A stretch of 64,000 nucleotides of DNA from Planctomycetota bacterium (GTDB lineage Bacteria; Planctomycetota; Planctomycetia; Pirellulales; UBA1268): positions 8,580 through 72,579 of the forward strand of contig JABAAH010000008.1 of NCBI GenBank assembly GCA_014238855.1. Direction: 5' to 3'. A program made the position numbers and the translations under genes. Shown piece by piece: positions 16,218 through 27,296 of the stretch; within the stretch, counting starts at the first letter, position 1, and each line of letters opens with the position of its first letter. The notes beneath the pieces are model-generated. The model searched no databases. It had not been told where the DNA came from and saw nothing but the letters and a program-made list of their open reading frames with translations.

Positions 16218-19200
16218 ATGGAACAACTGGAACGCATCTGGGACGCTGTTACTAATTTTGCAACAGCTATAGGCTCATGGGTCGAGCGATCAATTACAGG
16301 TCTCTTTGGTTCATCAAATGCACGTTATCTCAAACGATTAGAACCTCGGATTGAAGCGATTAATTCGCTCGAGCCGCGTTACGAGGCAATGACTGATGCA
16401 GAACTCCGCGGTCAGACTGAAGAATTTAAACGTCGCCTCTTGGCCGGTGAAACTCTTGATGACTTGCTCATAGAAGCTTTTGCCGTGTGTCGTGAAGCGG
16501 GCTGTCGTTTCCTCAGCATGAGGCATTACGACGTACAGCTTATCGGTGGCATGGTGTTGCACTCCGGCAATATCGCTGAAATGATCACCGGGGAAGGCAA
16601 GACCCTCGTTGCAACACTACCTGTTTACCTCAACGCGCTCGAGGGCAAGGGCGTGCATGTAATTACAGTCAATGACTATCTCGCTCGTCGAGATATGGAA
16701 TGGATGGCCCCGCTGTACATAGGGCTTGGCCTCACAGTTGGAGCAATTCAATCTGGCATGGAATCTGACGAGCGCCAAGTGTCATATGCCTGTGACATCA
16801 CCTACGGAACCAATAACGAATTTGGTTTCGACTACCTCCGAGATAATATGCGGATGGCAGCACGAGGCGACGAACGCTTCCCCCGTCAAATGCAGCAATC
16901 TCAGGGACGGCTCAACTTTGCAATCGTTGATGAAGTTGACAACATCCTTGTCGATGAAGCGAGAACGCCCCTTATTATTTCAGGCCCCGCCCACGACGAC
17001 GTCACAAAATACGCGCGAGCTGACAAGGTGGCTCGTCAACTTAAGGCAGACGATCATTTTGAAGTCCAAGAAAAAGAGCATACCGTCAGCTTGACAGAGT
17101 CCGGGGTACGGCAAGCCGAAAAACTTGCCGGCGTAGAAAGCTTTTACACCGCAGGAAATATGGAATGGCCTCATCTCATAGACAATGCTCTTAAGGCACA
17201 CTATCTCTACAAACTTGACGTAAACTACGTTGTCCAGCAGGGTGACGTTGTAATTGTTGATGAGTTCACTGGTCGACTGATGCCGGGTCGTCAATGGTCT
17301 GACGGTCTTCACCAAGCAGTAGAAGCAAAAGAAGGAGTTCGCATCAAAGAAGAGTCACAAACTCTGGCAACGGTTACATTGCAGAATTTTTTCAAGCTCT
17401 ACAACAAGCTCGGCGGAATGACCGGGACTGCAATGACTGAGGCTAATGAGTTCTGGAAGATATATAAACTCGACGTTATTGCTATTCCACCGAATCGTAA
17501 ACTTCAGCGCACGAACCATTCCGACGTTATCTTTCGGACCGAGCGCGAAAAATGGGTCGCGGTGGCTGATGAAATCGAGCGAATCAACCGCTGGGACTCC
17601 ATCAACCTTAAAGACAACACCTGGATCACTGGAAAAATCACAAGTGACTCTGACAAGGGCATTGAATTCGAGCTGAAAGGAACCAAGAAAACTGAACGTA
17701 TCCCGGCTGAAAAAATCCAAACTATCCAGCGTAAAGGTTTGCCTATTCTTGTCGGCACGGTATCCATTGAAAAAAGTGAGCGGCTTGCGTCCCTCCTCGA
17801 TAAGCGTGGGGTCGATCATCAAGTCCTCAACGCCAAACAGCATGAGCGTGAAGCCGATATTGTCGCGCAGGCGGGAAGACTCGGTGCAGTGACGATTGCT
17901 ACCAACATGGCTGGCCGAGGCACTGATATTATTCTCGGTGGAAATGCAGAAACGATGGCTTGGGCCCAGTTGCAACACACCTATCAGACACGACTCGACG
18001 TTCCAAAAGATGAGTGGGATGCTGTTATCACCAGCATTTCCGAACGTGAAAGCATGAAATCCGAGGGCAATAAAGTTCGTGAAATGGGTGGACTTCAAAT
18101 TGTCGGAACTGAACGACACGAATCACGACGAATTGACCTTCAACTCCGAGGTCGGTGTGGTCGCCAGGGTGACCCTGGAAGCAGTCGCTTTTACCTCTCA
18201 CTCGAAGATGACCTGATGCGAATCTTCGCAGGAGAATGGGTGAAAAACATACTCACCCGACTAGGCATGCAGGATGGCGAGGCCATCGAGAGCAAAATGG
18301 TAACTCGACGAGTCGAAGCTGCACAGAAAAAGGTTGAGGAGAGAAATTTTGAAATTCGTAAAAATCTTCTTGAATACGATGAAGTAATGGACGAGCAGCG
18401 GAAGCGTGTTTATGGCTTCCGGCAGCGAGTTCTCGACGGCCGTGAAACCGAGGGTGAGGGTGAGGCTCATGATGATCGTGACGGTGAATGCCGTGAACTC
18501 ATCCTTGAAATGGTTGATCGACAAATCGATAAGCATATCGACGCATTCCTCGATAGAGACTACGGGGCGCAAGCATTTTCTGGATGGGCCTCATCCCAAC
18601 TTTCGTGCGAGCTTGAAAGTGCTGATTTTCGTGGATTGAGTCCAGTTGAAGCTATTCGAATTGCCCATGAGCAAGCAGCTCGGCAGGCCGAGGCGCAGAT
18701 CTTTGAGGCTGTTGAGGAAAACCTCCCTCAAAGTGAAGATGAACATGACTGGAACTGGTCTGCACTAGCGAGTTTTGCAAACGCGCGATGGAAGCTTTCA
18801 GTGAACGATCGTGATCTTAAACGGGTCGGTCGGAACGATGTAGCTGAGTGGCTCCAACAACGGGCAAGCGAGGCTGTCGCAAAAGCTGACCTAAGTGATG
18901 GTGAACGATTTCTCGCACCGGACTTTGGTGTTGTCACGGCACGTTCATGGACAGACTGGCGATTTGGTATCGAATTGCAGGATTCAGACCTGAATGAAAT
19001 CGCTGGAAATGAACCAGACGCCGAGGCGTTCAAAGGGATTGTACGAGAAAAAGCTCGAGAGGCATATCAACGGCGAGAAATCGAGTATCCGGTACTCGTA
19101 GGATTAGCCCATTTCACCGGCCGCCAAGACGACGGGTCAAAAAAAGTTGATCGCGATGGACTTTTGACATGGGCTCGAGATCGCTTTGACTCATCCATTG

Positions 19201-19760
19201 ACGAAGCATCGTTATCGGTAACGAGCCTTGACCAACTCAAGGAAACACTCAACGCAGCGAGTACTCGTCGACACAAACAGCCTCTTTCACCACGAACCGA
19301 AATGCAGAGAATGGAGCGGGCGGTCCTTCTTCAAATTTTAGACAATGCCTGGAAAGACCACCTCCTCGCAATGGATCATCTAAGAAGTAGTGTTGGGCTT
19401 CGTGGATATGCCCAAGTCGATCCAAAGGTCGAATATAAGCGGGAAGGCATGCGGACGTTTGACCTCATGTGGAGTGGCATCGACGAACGTGTAATCGACA
19501 TCGTGTACCGTATCGAACAGGTCGAAGAAGATGCCCTGCGAAGTACTTGGCAAGAAACAGCTGCAATTCATGAGGACACACCATCGGCCGCACAACTTGA
19601 GCAGCCCAAAAGATCATTTTCAGATGGTAGCGAAGCTGGTCCAATACAGCCGATTCGCAATAGTGGGCAAAAGGTTGGAAGAAATGATCCGTGCCCATGC
19701 GGTAGTGGCAAAAAATACAAGAACTGTTGTGCCCGCTCGGCGAGCGCGTCAGCTGGCTGA
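16218..19760 (+). CDS. secA: preprotein translocase ATPase SecA (long form, 1180 aa)
   Basis: It carries [14 protein letters not shown] (Walker A), [29 protein letters not shown], and the C-terminal zinc motif [13 protein letters not shown]. Confidence 0.95.
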   Translation: MEQLERIWDAVTNFATAIGSWVERSITGLFGSSNARYLKRLEPRIEAINSLEPRYEAMTDAELRGQTEEFKRRLLAGETLDDLLIEAFAVCREAGCRFLSMRHYDVQLIGGMVLHSGNIAEMITGEGKTLVATLPVYLNALEGKGVHVITVNDYLARRDMEWMAPLYIGLGLTVGAIQSGMESDERQVSYACDITYGTNNEFGFDYLRDNMRMAARGDERFPRQMQQSQGRLNFAIVDEVDNILVDEARTPLIISGPAHDDVTKYARADKVARQLKADDHFEVQEKEHTVSLTESGVRQAEKLAGVESFYTAGNMEWPHLIDNALKAHYLYKLDVNYVVQQGDVVIVDEFTGRLMPGRQWSDGLHQAVEAKEGVRIKEESQTLATVTLQNFFKLYNKLGGMTGTAMTEANEFWKIYKLDVIAIPPNRKLQRTNHSDVIFRTEREKWVAVADEIERINRWDSINLKDNTWITGKITSDSDKGIEFELKGTKKTERIPAEKIQTIQRKGLPILVGTVSIEKSERLASLLDKRGVDHQVLNAKQHEREADIVAQAGRLGAVTIATNMAGRGTDIILGGNAETMAWAQLQHTYQTRLDVPKDEWDAVITSISERESMKSEGNKVREMGGLQIVGTERHESRRIDLQLRGRCGRQGDPGSSRFYLSLEDDLMRIFAGEWVKNILTRLGMQDGEAIESKMVTRRVEAAQKKVEERNFEIRKNLLEYDEVMDEQRKRVYGFRQRVLDGRETEGEGEAHDDRDGECRELILEMVDRQIDKHIDAFLDRDYGAQAFSGWASSQLSCELESADFRGLSPVEAIRIAHEQAARQAEAQIFEAVEENLPQSEDEHDWNWSALASFANARWKLSVNDRDLKRVGRNDVAEWLQQRASEAVAKADLSDGERFLAPDFGVVTARSWTDWRFGIELQDSDLNEIAGNEPDAEAFKGIVREKAREAYQRREIEYPVLVGLAHFTGRQDDGSKKVDRDGLLTWARDRFDSSIDEASLSVTSLDQLKETLNAASTRRHKQPLSPRTEMQRMERAVLLQILDNAWKDHLLAMDHLRSSVGLRGYAQVDPKVEYKREGMRTFDLMWSGIDERVIDIVYRIEQVEEDALRSTWQETAAIHEDTPSAAQLEQPKRSFSDGSEAGPIQPIRNSGQKVGRNDPCPCGSGKKYKNCCARSASASAG

Positions 19761-19774
19761 CTAGGTGAGGTGTC

Positions 19775-21103
19775 GTGATAGCCCTAAACCTGCTCTATCT
19801 GCTGGTGGGCATTGCTGCCCTACCATGGATCCTTTGGCGAAAACTCTCAAGCAAACGTCCTGTTGCTGCAATTCGAGAACGAATCACCGGCCGGATTTGC
19901 GTAGCAGATTGCCCACGAGATCACTGCCGGATTTGGCTTCACGGTGTCAGTGTTGGTGAAGTTCAACTCCTTCGAACACTGATCGGTGAACTCGAAAAGC
20001 AAGCCCGGCTCCAAAAACAACTCATCGATTGTGTCCTCTCAAGTTCGACTACAACGGGGCTTGAGGTTGCAACACAAGGTCACCAGAAAGAACATGTTTT
20101 TCCGTGCCCACTCGACTTCAGCTGGGCGATAAGAAAAACCCTCGATCGAGTTCGGCCAGATTTGCTTGTTCTCGGTGAACTAGAACTCTGGCCAAACCTG
20201 CTACGTATTGCAGAAGATTACGAAATTCCTGTTCTTGTCGTGAACGGCCGCATGAGCGAGCGTAGTTATCAGGGATACAGCAAGGCACCACGTTTTGTAG
20301 CTACAATGCTAAGGCGAATATCACTTGTACTGTCTCGTTCCCATGAGGATTCTGGTCGTTTTAAAACTCTTGGAGCTCCGGTTGTAGAAACTATTGGTTC
20401 ATTGAAATTTGACAGCATCCATGGCAACCAACACAAAGAAGAGCTTAATCGCCTCAAGAAAATCATTGGTATCCATGACGATGATTTTGTTTTTGTTGCA
20501 GGTAGCACTCAACAACCGGAAGAAATGCTAGCAGTTGAGGTATTTCTACAACAACAGAAAATACATTCACGCCTTAAACTCGTTCTCGTCCCTCGACACA
20601 TTGAGAGAAGCCACCAACTTGCAGATTCGTTAGCAAAACGATTACGTCAACCAGATGCCCGCCACATACCGATGTATTACCGCAGTGCTCTTCACGACCA
20701 GGCAAGCCCACCGCCCGAGGAATCATTTATTCTTCTAGTAGATGCTACCGGTGAACTCGCAGCTTTGTGGGGTCTCGCAACAGTGGCATTTGTTGGCGGC
20801 AGTCTCGATGGAGTTCGTGGAGGGCAAAACATGCTTGAGCCGGCTGCGTACGGAGCCGCAATTTGCTTTGGCCCATATACCAGAAATTTTCAACACGAGG
20901 TTTCTGCACTACTCGAAGCAGATGCTGCTGTCGTCGTTCATAACGGCGAAGAACTTAAAGAATTTGTTGCTCAATGCCTAAATGATCCAGCATTCTCCAG
21001 AGCACTCGGGGAAAATGCCAAGAAAGTGATTGAAACAAACAGAGGGGGGACCATGCTGACTGCAAAACGGATTTTAGAGTTCCTCCCGGTGATTTCATCC
21101 TGA
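19775..21103 (+). CDS. waaA: 3-deoxy-D-manno-octulosonic acid (Kdo) transferase
   Basis: GTG start. It has an N-terminal membrane anchor and IWLHGVSVGEVQLLRTLIGEL, typical of KdtA/WaaA. 442 aa. Confidence 0.85.
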   Translation: MIALNLLYLLVGIAALPWILWRKLSSKRPVAAIRERITGRICVADCPRDHCRIWLHGVSVGEVQLLRTLIGELEKQARLQKQLIDCVLSSSTTTGLEVATQGHQKEHVFPCPLDFSWAIRKTLDRVRPDLLVLGELELWPNLLRIAEDYEIPVLVVNGRMSERSYQGYSKAPRFVATMLRRISLVLSRSHEDSGRFKTLGAPVVETIGSLKFDSIHGNQHKEELNRLKKIIGIHDDDFVFVAGSTQQPEEMLAVEVFLQQQKIHSRLKLVLVPRHIERSHQLADSLAKRLRQPDARHIPMYYRSALHDQASPPPEESFILLVDATGELAALWGLATVAFVGGSLDGVRGGQNMLEPAAYGAAICFGPYTRNFQHEVSALLEADAAVVVHNGEELKEFVAQCLNDPAFSRALGENAKKVIETNRGGTMLTAKRILEFLPVISS

Positions 21104-21217
21104 CGGTTGTCTGTTTGGCAAAAATTCCGGATACTATTGTTGTGGATTAGAAATAGTACTGGGCATGGTACTGGGCAGAGATTGTTTTCCTTACCTTAAC
21201 TGCATGAGGCATCAAAA

Positions 21218-22396
21218 GTGGCTAGCGGCAAGTATCTTTTTACAAGTGAATCAGTCAGCATGGGACATCCAGACAAACTTTCGGATCAAATTTCGGATGG
21301 GATTCTCGATGCTTTCCTAGCCCAAGACCCGAACAGTCGTGTTGCTTGCGAAACACTCGTCACAACAGGCCTTGCCGTGATTGCAGGCGAAATAACCTCT
21401 CGAGGCACCATCGATTATCAACAAGTTGTTCGCGATGTCATTCGAGAAGTTGGCTATACAGATGATGAAATGGGCATCTCTGCGGACACCTGCTCAGTTC
21501 TTGTTGCCGTTGGCAAGCAGAGCGGTGACATTGCCATGGGTGTGAATGAAGATACTGACAAAGGCAAAGACATCGGGGCCGGTGATCAGGGTCTCATGTT
21601 TGGTTATGCCTGCAATGACACGCCGGAACTGATGCCACTACCGATCGCCCTCTCGCATCGCATCTTAAACCGTCTCGCTGACGCACGTTTAAGCGGAGAT
21701 GTAGATTGGCTTCGGCCCGATTCAAAGAGCCAAGTGACTGTTGAATATGATGGGGATAAGCCTATTCGAATTGATACCGTTGTTGTCTCCACGCAACATG
21801 CTCCACATGTATCAAATGAAGAAATCCAGTCGTACATCATTGAAAAAATTATCAAACCGGAACTGCCGAATGATCTCGATATCAGTAATATCAAATACCA
21901 CATAAATCCAACTGGTCGATTTGTTGTAGGTGGCCCTCACGGCGATGCTGGGTTGACGGGTCGAAAAATCATTGTTGATACCTACGGTGGATGGGGACGC
22001 CATGGTGGTGGTGCCTTCTCCGGAAAAGACCCCACAAAAGTTGATCGCAGTGCTGCATACATGGCTCGCTATGTTGCAAAAAACATTGTGGCAGCCGGAC
22101 TGGCCGACAGATGTGAATTACAACTTGCCTATGCAATCGGTGTCACCGAACCGGTCAGTGTCCATATTGACACTGCTGGCAGTGGGAAAATCGATGATGA
22201 ACGATTATGCTCGCTCATTCGAGAACACTTCCCGCTGACCCCTCGTGGCATTATTGAGCACCTCGACCTTCGGAGACCTATCTTCCGTCGGACCGCCGCT
22301 GGTGGACATTTCGGACGAGATGAATTTCCTTGGGAAAAAACAGACAAAGCAACTGCATTGGCGGAAGCTGCTGAAGCAGCAACTACTGCAAGCTAA
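21218..22396 (+). CDS. metK: S-adenosylmethionine synthase
   Basis: GTG start. Motifs: [43 protein letters not shown]. Confidence 0.95.
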   Translation: MASGKYLFTSESVSMGHPDKLSDQISDGILDAFLAQDPNSRVACETLVTTGLAVIAGEITSRGTIDYQQVVRDVIREVGYTDDEMGISADTCSVLVAVGKQSGDIAMGVNEDTDKGKDIGAGDQGLMFGYACNDTPELMPLPIALSHRILNRLADARLSGDVDWLRPDSKSQVTVEYDGDKPIRIDTVVVSTQHAPHVSNEEIQSYIIEKIIKPELPNDLDISNIKYHINPTGRFVVGGPHGDAGLTGRKIIVDTYGGWGRHGGGAFSGKDPTKVDRSAAYMARYVAKNIVAAGLADRCELQLAYAIGVTEPVSVHIDTAGSGKIDDERLCSLIREHFPLTPRGIIEHLDLRRPIFRRTAAGGHFGRDEFPWEKTDKATALAEAAEAATTAS

Positions 22397-22546
22397 GACA
22401 AACAACCGTTATACGACATTGGAAATATCTCAGACCTGATAAAGTTAACTCTCTATCCTAGTTAGCGGTTGACACTTTACTTGAGACAACTACTCAAGAC
22501 CGTCTGATAATTCAATAAGCTTACGAATCGTTCCTTAATCAGAAAC

Positions 22547-23575
22547 GTGTTCATGCCTTCTGTCTCCCACAACGTACAACCGGAAAGATTCGCCGCAACT
22601 CAGAGCCGTGTCCCTGATTTCCAACTGTTCACAACCAATGTAGTGAGCTACCTTGCTGCGGGTACTACGTTTTTCATCACAATTATTATCCTCTCGCGCC
22701 GAATAGTCGGTGGCCTAGCTTTCCACCCACCAATTTTCATCCTGCTCCTCGTTACGATAATTGGTGGCATCTTGATTGCTGCCGCAACCCAGCCATGGCT
22801 CAGATGGAACCCTACCCTTCATCGACTGTCGAGACTAACACGTTTTAATGTTTTTGTTGTCGTCTTAACTCTTGGGATATGGCTACCAATCCTCACCTTC
22901 ACCAACGTGATAACGGTCGTTCTCCTTGGAGCTGTCGTGTTTTTGCCCTCACGGCGAAGCAAACATAAACAGTTAGTCAATACTCCACTGCGTTCGTACT
23001 CATTGTTCATTGAAGACTCCGGAAGAGCTATTTATAAAAATGTGGTAACCCTACTACGACTGAATCGCACGCATCGAAAACCACTTCGTTGGCCACAGCG
23101 TCGTGCTCCACTATGGCGGCAGGTATTTTTGCAGGAAAAATCTGACAATGCACAACAAGTGGTACCGCTTCAAGAAGTATCGAAGGACCAAATCATTCAC
23201 CCGGGCACCACAAGAACTGGCTCCGACAATGGAGAAATATTATTGCATTGGCAAGAGCGTTACGAGTTGCCAGACGGCACAGAACATCTTCGTGGACAAC
23301 TTATCGTGAACCTCCCTACAGGAACCCGATTAGCAACAGGTCACGTTGGATTCTGCCCATCTTTCCCGTTCATACCCACGGTTGAAGTAACCACTGAATT
23401 CGATGCTCTAGAAGTTTCGGTTACGGCGGCAGAGATATTACCCTGGGGCGTCCGCATCGAATGCCGCGTCGAAGAACCAATCGATGAACAAACATCAGTT
23501 CCAGTTTCTATCAGTGTAAACAAGCCTTCAGAATCACCGATCCCACAGTCACACCACAATGAAGGCATCAATTAA
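22547..23575 (+). CDS. hypothetical membrane protein (about 4 N-terminal TM helices plus a soluble C-terminal domain)
   Basis: 342-aa ORF. Hydrophobic stretches include YLAAGTTFFITIIILS, IFILLLVTIIGGILIAAA, VFVVVLTLGIWLPILTF and VITVVLLGAVVFL. No known motif. Confidence 0.5.
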   Translation: MFMPSVSHNVQPERFAATQSRVPDFQLFTTNVVSYLAAGTTFFITIIILSRRIVGGLAFHPPIFILLLVTIIGGILIAAATQPWLRWNPTLHRLSRLTRFNVFVVVLTLGIWLPILTFTNVITVVLLGAVVFLPSRRSKHKQLVNTPLRSYSLFIEDSGRAIYKNVVTLLRLNRTHRKPLRWPQRRAPLWRQVFLQEKSDNAQQVVPLQEVSKDQIIHPGTTRTGSDNGEILLHWQERYELPDGTEHLRGQLIVNLPTGTRLATGHVGFCPSFPFIPTVEVTTEFDALEVSVTAAEILPWGVRIECRVEEPIDEQTSVPVSISVNKPSESPIPQSHHNEGIN

Positions 23576-23722
23576 ACATGGCGAGATGGCCTGAGCATAT
23601 TTGGACCACGCTTTTCACGTACGGTCTTATATTCATTTTCTTCCCCCTTCTCTGCTTCATACTGTTCAAGTGGGTTCGTGGATTTTAACGTCACATTTCT
23701 CCCTCTGCATGACTTCAAAATT

Positions 23723-25147
23723 ATGCCACCAGCACCTGCAATTCTTGATTTCTTGAAAGAGCATGGGGAAGAGCATCTGCTTGCCCATTGGGGGAAACTT
23801 TCTGAAAAGGAACGTTTTTCCCTGGAATCTCAATTGATGACAATCGACTGGCACGGAGTTGTTGCCTGTAAGAATCTTGTTGAAAACCAAGACGGCGACA
23901 GACACACCATGAAAACACCACATTTCAGCAGTGCATCTACTCCAACTTGTCACAAACTTGGGGGAGAGGACACTGCTTCAGTAGAGGCTTTACATAGGGG
24001 CCGAAAATCACTGGGTGCCGGACAGGTTGGCGCCATCTTGATGGCTGGAGGGCAAGGCACTCGTTTAGGGTTCAACGGGCCAAAAGGTACATTCCCAATT
24101 ACAACGGTTTCAAAGGCAAGTCTTTTTGATGTACTCCTCGGACGTCTACGTGCGGTCAAAAAACGATTCGGCCGCGAAGTTCCACTTGCCATCATGACAA
24201 GCAGTGCAACCGACAATCTCACTCGTGAATTTCTCACTGCAGCCAACTTCTGTGGCCTTGATTCTGGTCAGGTATTCTTTTTCTGCCAAGGCAATCTTCC
24301 AGCAGTTGACGCAACAAGTCATAAACTTTTTCTTGATGATTGTAATCATGTTGCCGTTGCACCAGATGGTCACGGCGGAATGTTACAGGCGCTCGCAGAA
24401 AGCGGTGGCCTTGAATGGTTTCAGCGGCATGGTTGCAGTACGCTCGTAAGTTTCCAAGTAGACAATCCTCTGGCAAAACCTCTCGATCCAGAGTTTATCG
24501 GTCAACACATGCTCTCTGAGGCGTCGCTATCGACACAAGTTGTACCCAAAATCGATCCCGAAGAACGGGTTGGTGTAGTTGCTGAAATAAATGGTGTGAC
24601 CCAGATTATTGAATACAGCGACCTCCCTCAAAACATTGCGGCTGAACGCCTTCAGGACGGGAGGCTGAGGTTCTTCGCCGGAAGTATTGCAATTCATGCA
24701 TTCGATAGACAATTTCTCCAAGATGTTGCTTCTTCAAGCGAAGCCCTTCCACTTCATCTTGCCCACAAAAAAGTTCCATTCTTCGACGAAACCAGTCAAT
24801 TCATTCAACCAACGAGACCAAATGCTTTCAAATTTGAGCGTTTCATATTTGATCTCATGCCTTTGGCCGACAAGGTGACCGTTGTTGAAATTGACTCGAA
24901 AGAAGGCTTTGCACCACTAAAAAATCCATCAGGTACTCCCAAAGACTCCCCAGAAAGCGTTCATGAATCGCTTAATGCATATGCAATCCGACATTTGAAA
25001 CGCGTTGGCATTGATGTTGCACCGGGAATTAATGTGGAACTTGATGCCGCATCAATTTTTGATGATGACGATCTTCGGATCATTGCACAGTCCGATGTTT
25101 TTCCAAACAATTATATCGATGGCCCAGTTGTCATTCGATTAACCTGA
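23723..25147 (+). CDS. UDP-sugar pyrophosphorylase of the UDPGP/UAP1 (eukaryote-type) family
   Basis: I prefer the ATG at 23723. It carries LMAGGQGTRLGFNGPKGTF and downstream blocks (QVDNPL, EYSDLP) characteristic of UDP-N-acetylhexosamine/UDP-glucose pyrophosphorylases. Confidence 0.8.
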   Translation: MPPAPAILDFLKEHGEEHLLAHWGKLSEKERFSLESQLMTIDWHGVVACKNLVENQDGDRHTMKTPHFSSASTPTCHKLGGEDTASVEALHRGRKSLGAGQVGAILMAGGQGTRLGFNGPKGTFPITTVSKASLFDVLLGRLRAVKKRFGREVPLAIMTSSATDNLTREFLTAANFCGLDSGQVFFFCQGNLPAVDATSHKLFLDDCNHVAVAPDGHGGMLQALAESGGLEWFQRHGCSTLVSFQVDNPLAKPLDPEFIGQHMLSEASLSTQVVPKIDPEERVGVVAEINGVTQIIEYSDLPQNIAAERLQDGRLRFFAGSIAIHAFDRQFLQDVASSSEALPLHLAHKKVPFFDETSQFIQPTRPNAFKFERFIFDLMPLADKVTVVEIDSKEGFAPLKNPSGTPKDSPESVHESLNAYAIRHLKRVGIDVAPGINVELDAASIFDDDDLRIIAQSDVFPNNYIDGPVVIRLT

Positions 25148-25188
25148 ACATTCTAAAAATCTCACCTTTTCTGGAGAATATCTCGCTC

Positions 25189-26271
25189 ATGCTTTATGCA
25201 ATTGTTATGGCCGGTGGATCAGGTACTCGTTTCTGGCCATCAAGCCGTGCAAAACTTCCAAAACAACTACTACCACTCGCAGGTGCAGGGACACTTGTAC
25301 AAGACACCGTAGCGAGGCTTGACGGACTCATTCCTCCCGAGCGAACCCTCGTCGTAACAAACACACGACTTACAGAAGCTGTCCAGAGACAGCTACCAGA
25401 ACTTCCGGAAACCGCAATTGTCGGTGAGCCCTGCAAGCGAGATACGGCACCCTGCATAGGACTGGCAGCTCTGCTTGTCCTGCAACAAGACCCTGAAGCC
25501 ACGATGGCAGTCATGCCAAGTGATCATGTTATTGATTCAACTGCATCCTTTCAGAGTGCGCTACAACAGGCGAATAGCCTCGTAGACCAAAACCCTGATC
25601 GACTCGTTACATTTGGAATTCGTCCATCGAGCCCGTCGTCTAGCTATGGATACATTCAACAAGGAGGTGCCCTGCCATACACAAAAAATGATGCCCCGGT
25701 GCATCGTGTTGCTCAATTCCGAGAGAAACCTCCGGTCGATGTTGCAAAAGAATATCTATCTGCGGGCAACTTTCTCTGGAATGCCGGCATCTTTGTTTGG
25801 CGTGCAAAGACAATCATTGAGGCCCTCGCTGAGTATCAGCCTGACTGCTTAAAACACCTTCAACGTATTGCAGACAACTGGGATACCCCTGACAAGAATG
25901 CCGTTTTCTCTGAGGAATTCGCTGCAATCAAAGGTGTTTCGATCGACTATGCAGTACTTGAACACGCCTCAGAAGTCGCTGTTATCGAAGCACCTTTCAC
26001 GTGGGATGACCTAGGGAGCTGGTCAGCTGTTGCCCGACAACGAGGGCAGGACGAGCATGGAAATACTGTAGTCGGTCGTCACCTTGGTATCGATTCAAAA
26101 GACCTACTTGTTCATACATGCGACAATCATCTTATTGTCACTCTGGGTTTAGAGAATATTCTTTTAGTACATACCGATGACGCCACCTTGGTCGCTGACA
26201 GATCACATGAAGAGCATATTCGTAAAGTAGTCGCTGAGCTGGAAAGTAAACAATGGCACGAATATCTGTAA
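25189..26271 (+). CDS. mannose-1-phosphate guanylyltransferase (no isomerase domain)
   Basis: It has IVMAGGSGTRFWPSSRAKLPKQLL, VMPSDHVI and GNFLWNAGIFVW. 360 aa. Confidence 0.85.
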   Translation: MLYAIVMAGGSGTRFWPSSRAKLPKQLLPLAGAGTLVQDTVARLDGLIPPERTLVVTNTRLTEAVQRQLPELPETAIVGEPCKRDTAPCIGLAALLVLQQDPEATMAVMPSDHVIDSTASFQSALQQANSLVDQNPDRLVTFGIRPSSPSSSYGYIQQGGALPYTKNDAPVHRVAQFREKPPVDVAKEYLSAGNFLWNAGIFVWRAKTIIEALAEYQPDCLKHLQRIADNWDTPDKNAVFSEEFAAIKGVSIDYAVLEHASEVAVIEAPFTWDDLGSWSAVARQRGQDEHGNTVVGRHLGIDSKDLLVHTCDNHLIVTLGLENILLVHTDDATLVADRSHEEHIRKVVAELESKQWHEYL

Positions 26272-27296
26272 GACACACCGGATCGCTCAAAACATTTTTG
26301 GTGATACATTCCTGTGTCATTTCTTTATGTATATTTTTATTTGCAGATTCAGGGGCTGAGGGCAGAGAAAATCATCCACTCAACGAAGCTGAAAAGCACT
26401 GGGTCAGTACTGTCTTTGATAACTTCACGTCTGCTGCCGATGCTTTACAGTGGTCTGATATACGAGTTGTTAGTAACTGGCGCATTCAGCAACATGCTCA
26501 GTCAAAATCTTATCGTATTCTCAACCTGAATGATCAAGTTGTTGCCGAGGGGACTCTCGATCTATGCTCACGTCATTTCTCAAAACTTATCAAAGATGGT
26601 GCTATAAACCCGTCCGTAGGGAACAAGGTAGTTATTGTAATTCACGGCCTTGGAGAAGGACGAAGCGCCATGAAGCCCCTTGTTACATTCCTTGAAGACC
26701 ATATGTCTGCCAGCATAATGACATTTGGTTACGCAAGCCCTCAAGCAACTCTTGCATCACACGCCCACGCATTAGGGAAAGTGCTTGCCGGCTTACCACC
26801 AACTACAGCTGTTAGTTTTGTAGGGCACAGCATGGGGAACTTAGTTGTTCGGAGGTGGCTACAAAATGCACAGCCTGAAATGATAGGTCGGATCGATCGC
26901 ATGGTAATGCTTGGGCCACCGAACCAGGGTTCAGACCTTGCTCGACTTGCCGCTAATAATCACTGGCTTAAAACACTAGCTTCTGGTGCCGCTCGTGAAC
27001 TTATACTGCATTGGGATACAATACGGCATGAACTTCAAACCCCCCCTTTTGAATATGGCATTATCGCTGGTGGCAAAGGTGATAATGAAGGATACTCATC
27101 GATCCTAGAGGGCGATGACGATGCAATTGTTCGCGTGTCAGAAACAAAACTCAACGGTGCCGACGGTTTTCTGGTTATTCCCGTTCGCCACTCCCGCATG
27201 ATGAAAAATTCAGATGTTCAAAAGGAAACGCTCAACTTCCTCCAGCAGGGGCGATTCGCCAAAACAACCTATGGTACAAAAATCCCTAAAAAATGA
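26253..27296 (+). CDS. alpha/beta-hydrolase (lipase/PGAP1-like), signal-anchored
   Basis: It has VVIVIHGLGEG and the canonical nucleophile elbow FVGHSMGNLVV. The start overlaps the preceding gene by 19 nt, so the exact start is uncertain. Confidence 0.65.
   Translation: MARISVRHTGSLKTFLVIHSCVISLCIFLFADSGAEGRENHPLNEAEKHWVSTVFDNFTSAADALQWSDIRVVSNWRIQQHAQSKSYRILNLNDQVVAEGTLDLCSRHFSKLIKDGAINPSVGNKVVIVIHGLGEGRSAMKPLVTFLEDHMSASIMTFGYASPQATLASHAHALGKVLAGLPPTTAVSFVGHSMGNLVVRRWLQNAQPEMIGRIDRMVMLGPPNQGSDLARLAANNHWLKTLASGAARELILHWDTIRHELQTPPFEYGIIAGGKGDNEGYSSILEGDDDAIVRVSETKLNGADGFLVIPVRHSRMMKNSDVQKETLNFLQQGRFAKTTYGTKIPKK

Noticed and set aside
17355-18119. 254-aa ORF antisense to secA
   Set aside because: It lies entirely inside the strongly supported secA frame and has low-complexity, odd composition with no motif. 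It is typical of a shadow ORF on the complementary strand of a long, codon-biased gene.
21104-21217. SAM riboswitch upstream of metK
   Set aside because: I could not find the conserved SAM-I core or a SAM-II-like pseudoknot pattern by eye. This should be confirmed with Rfam, but I make no claim.
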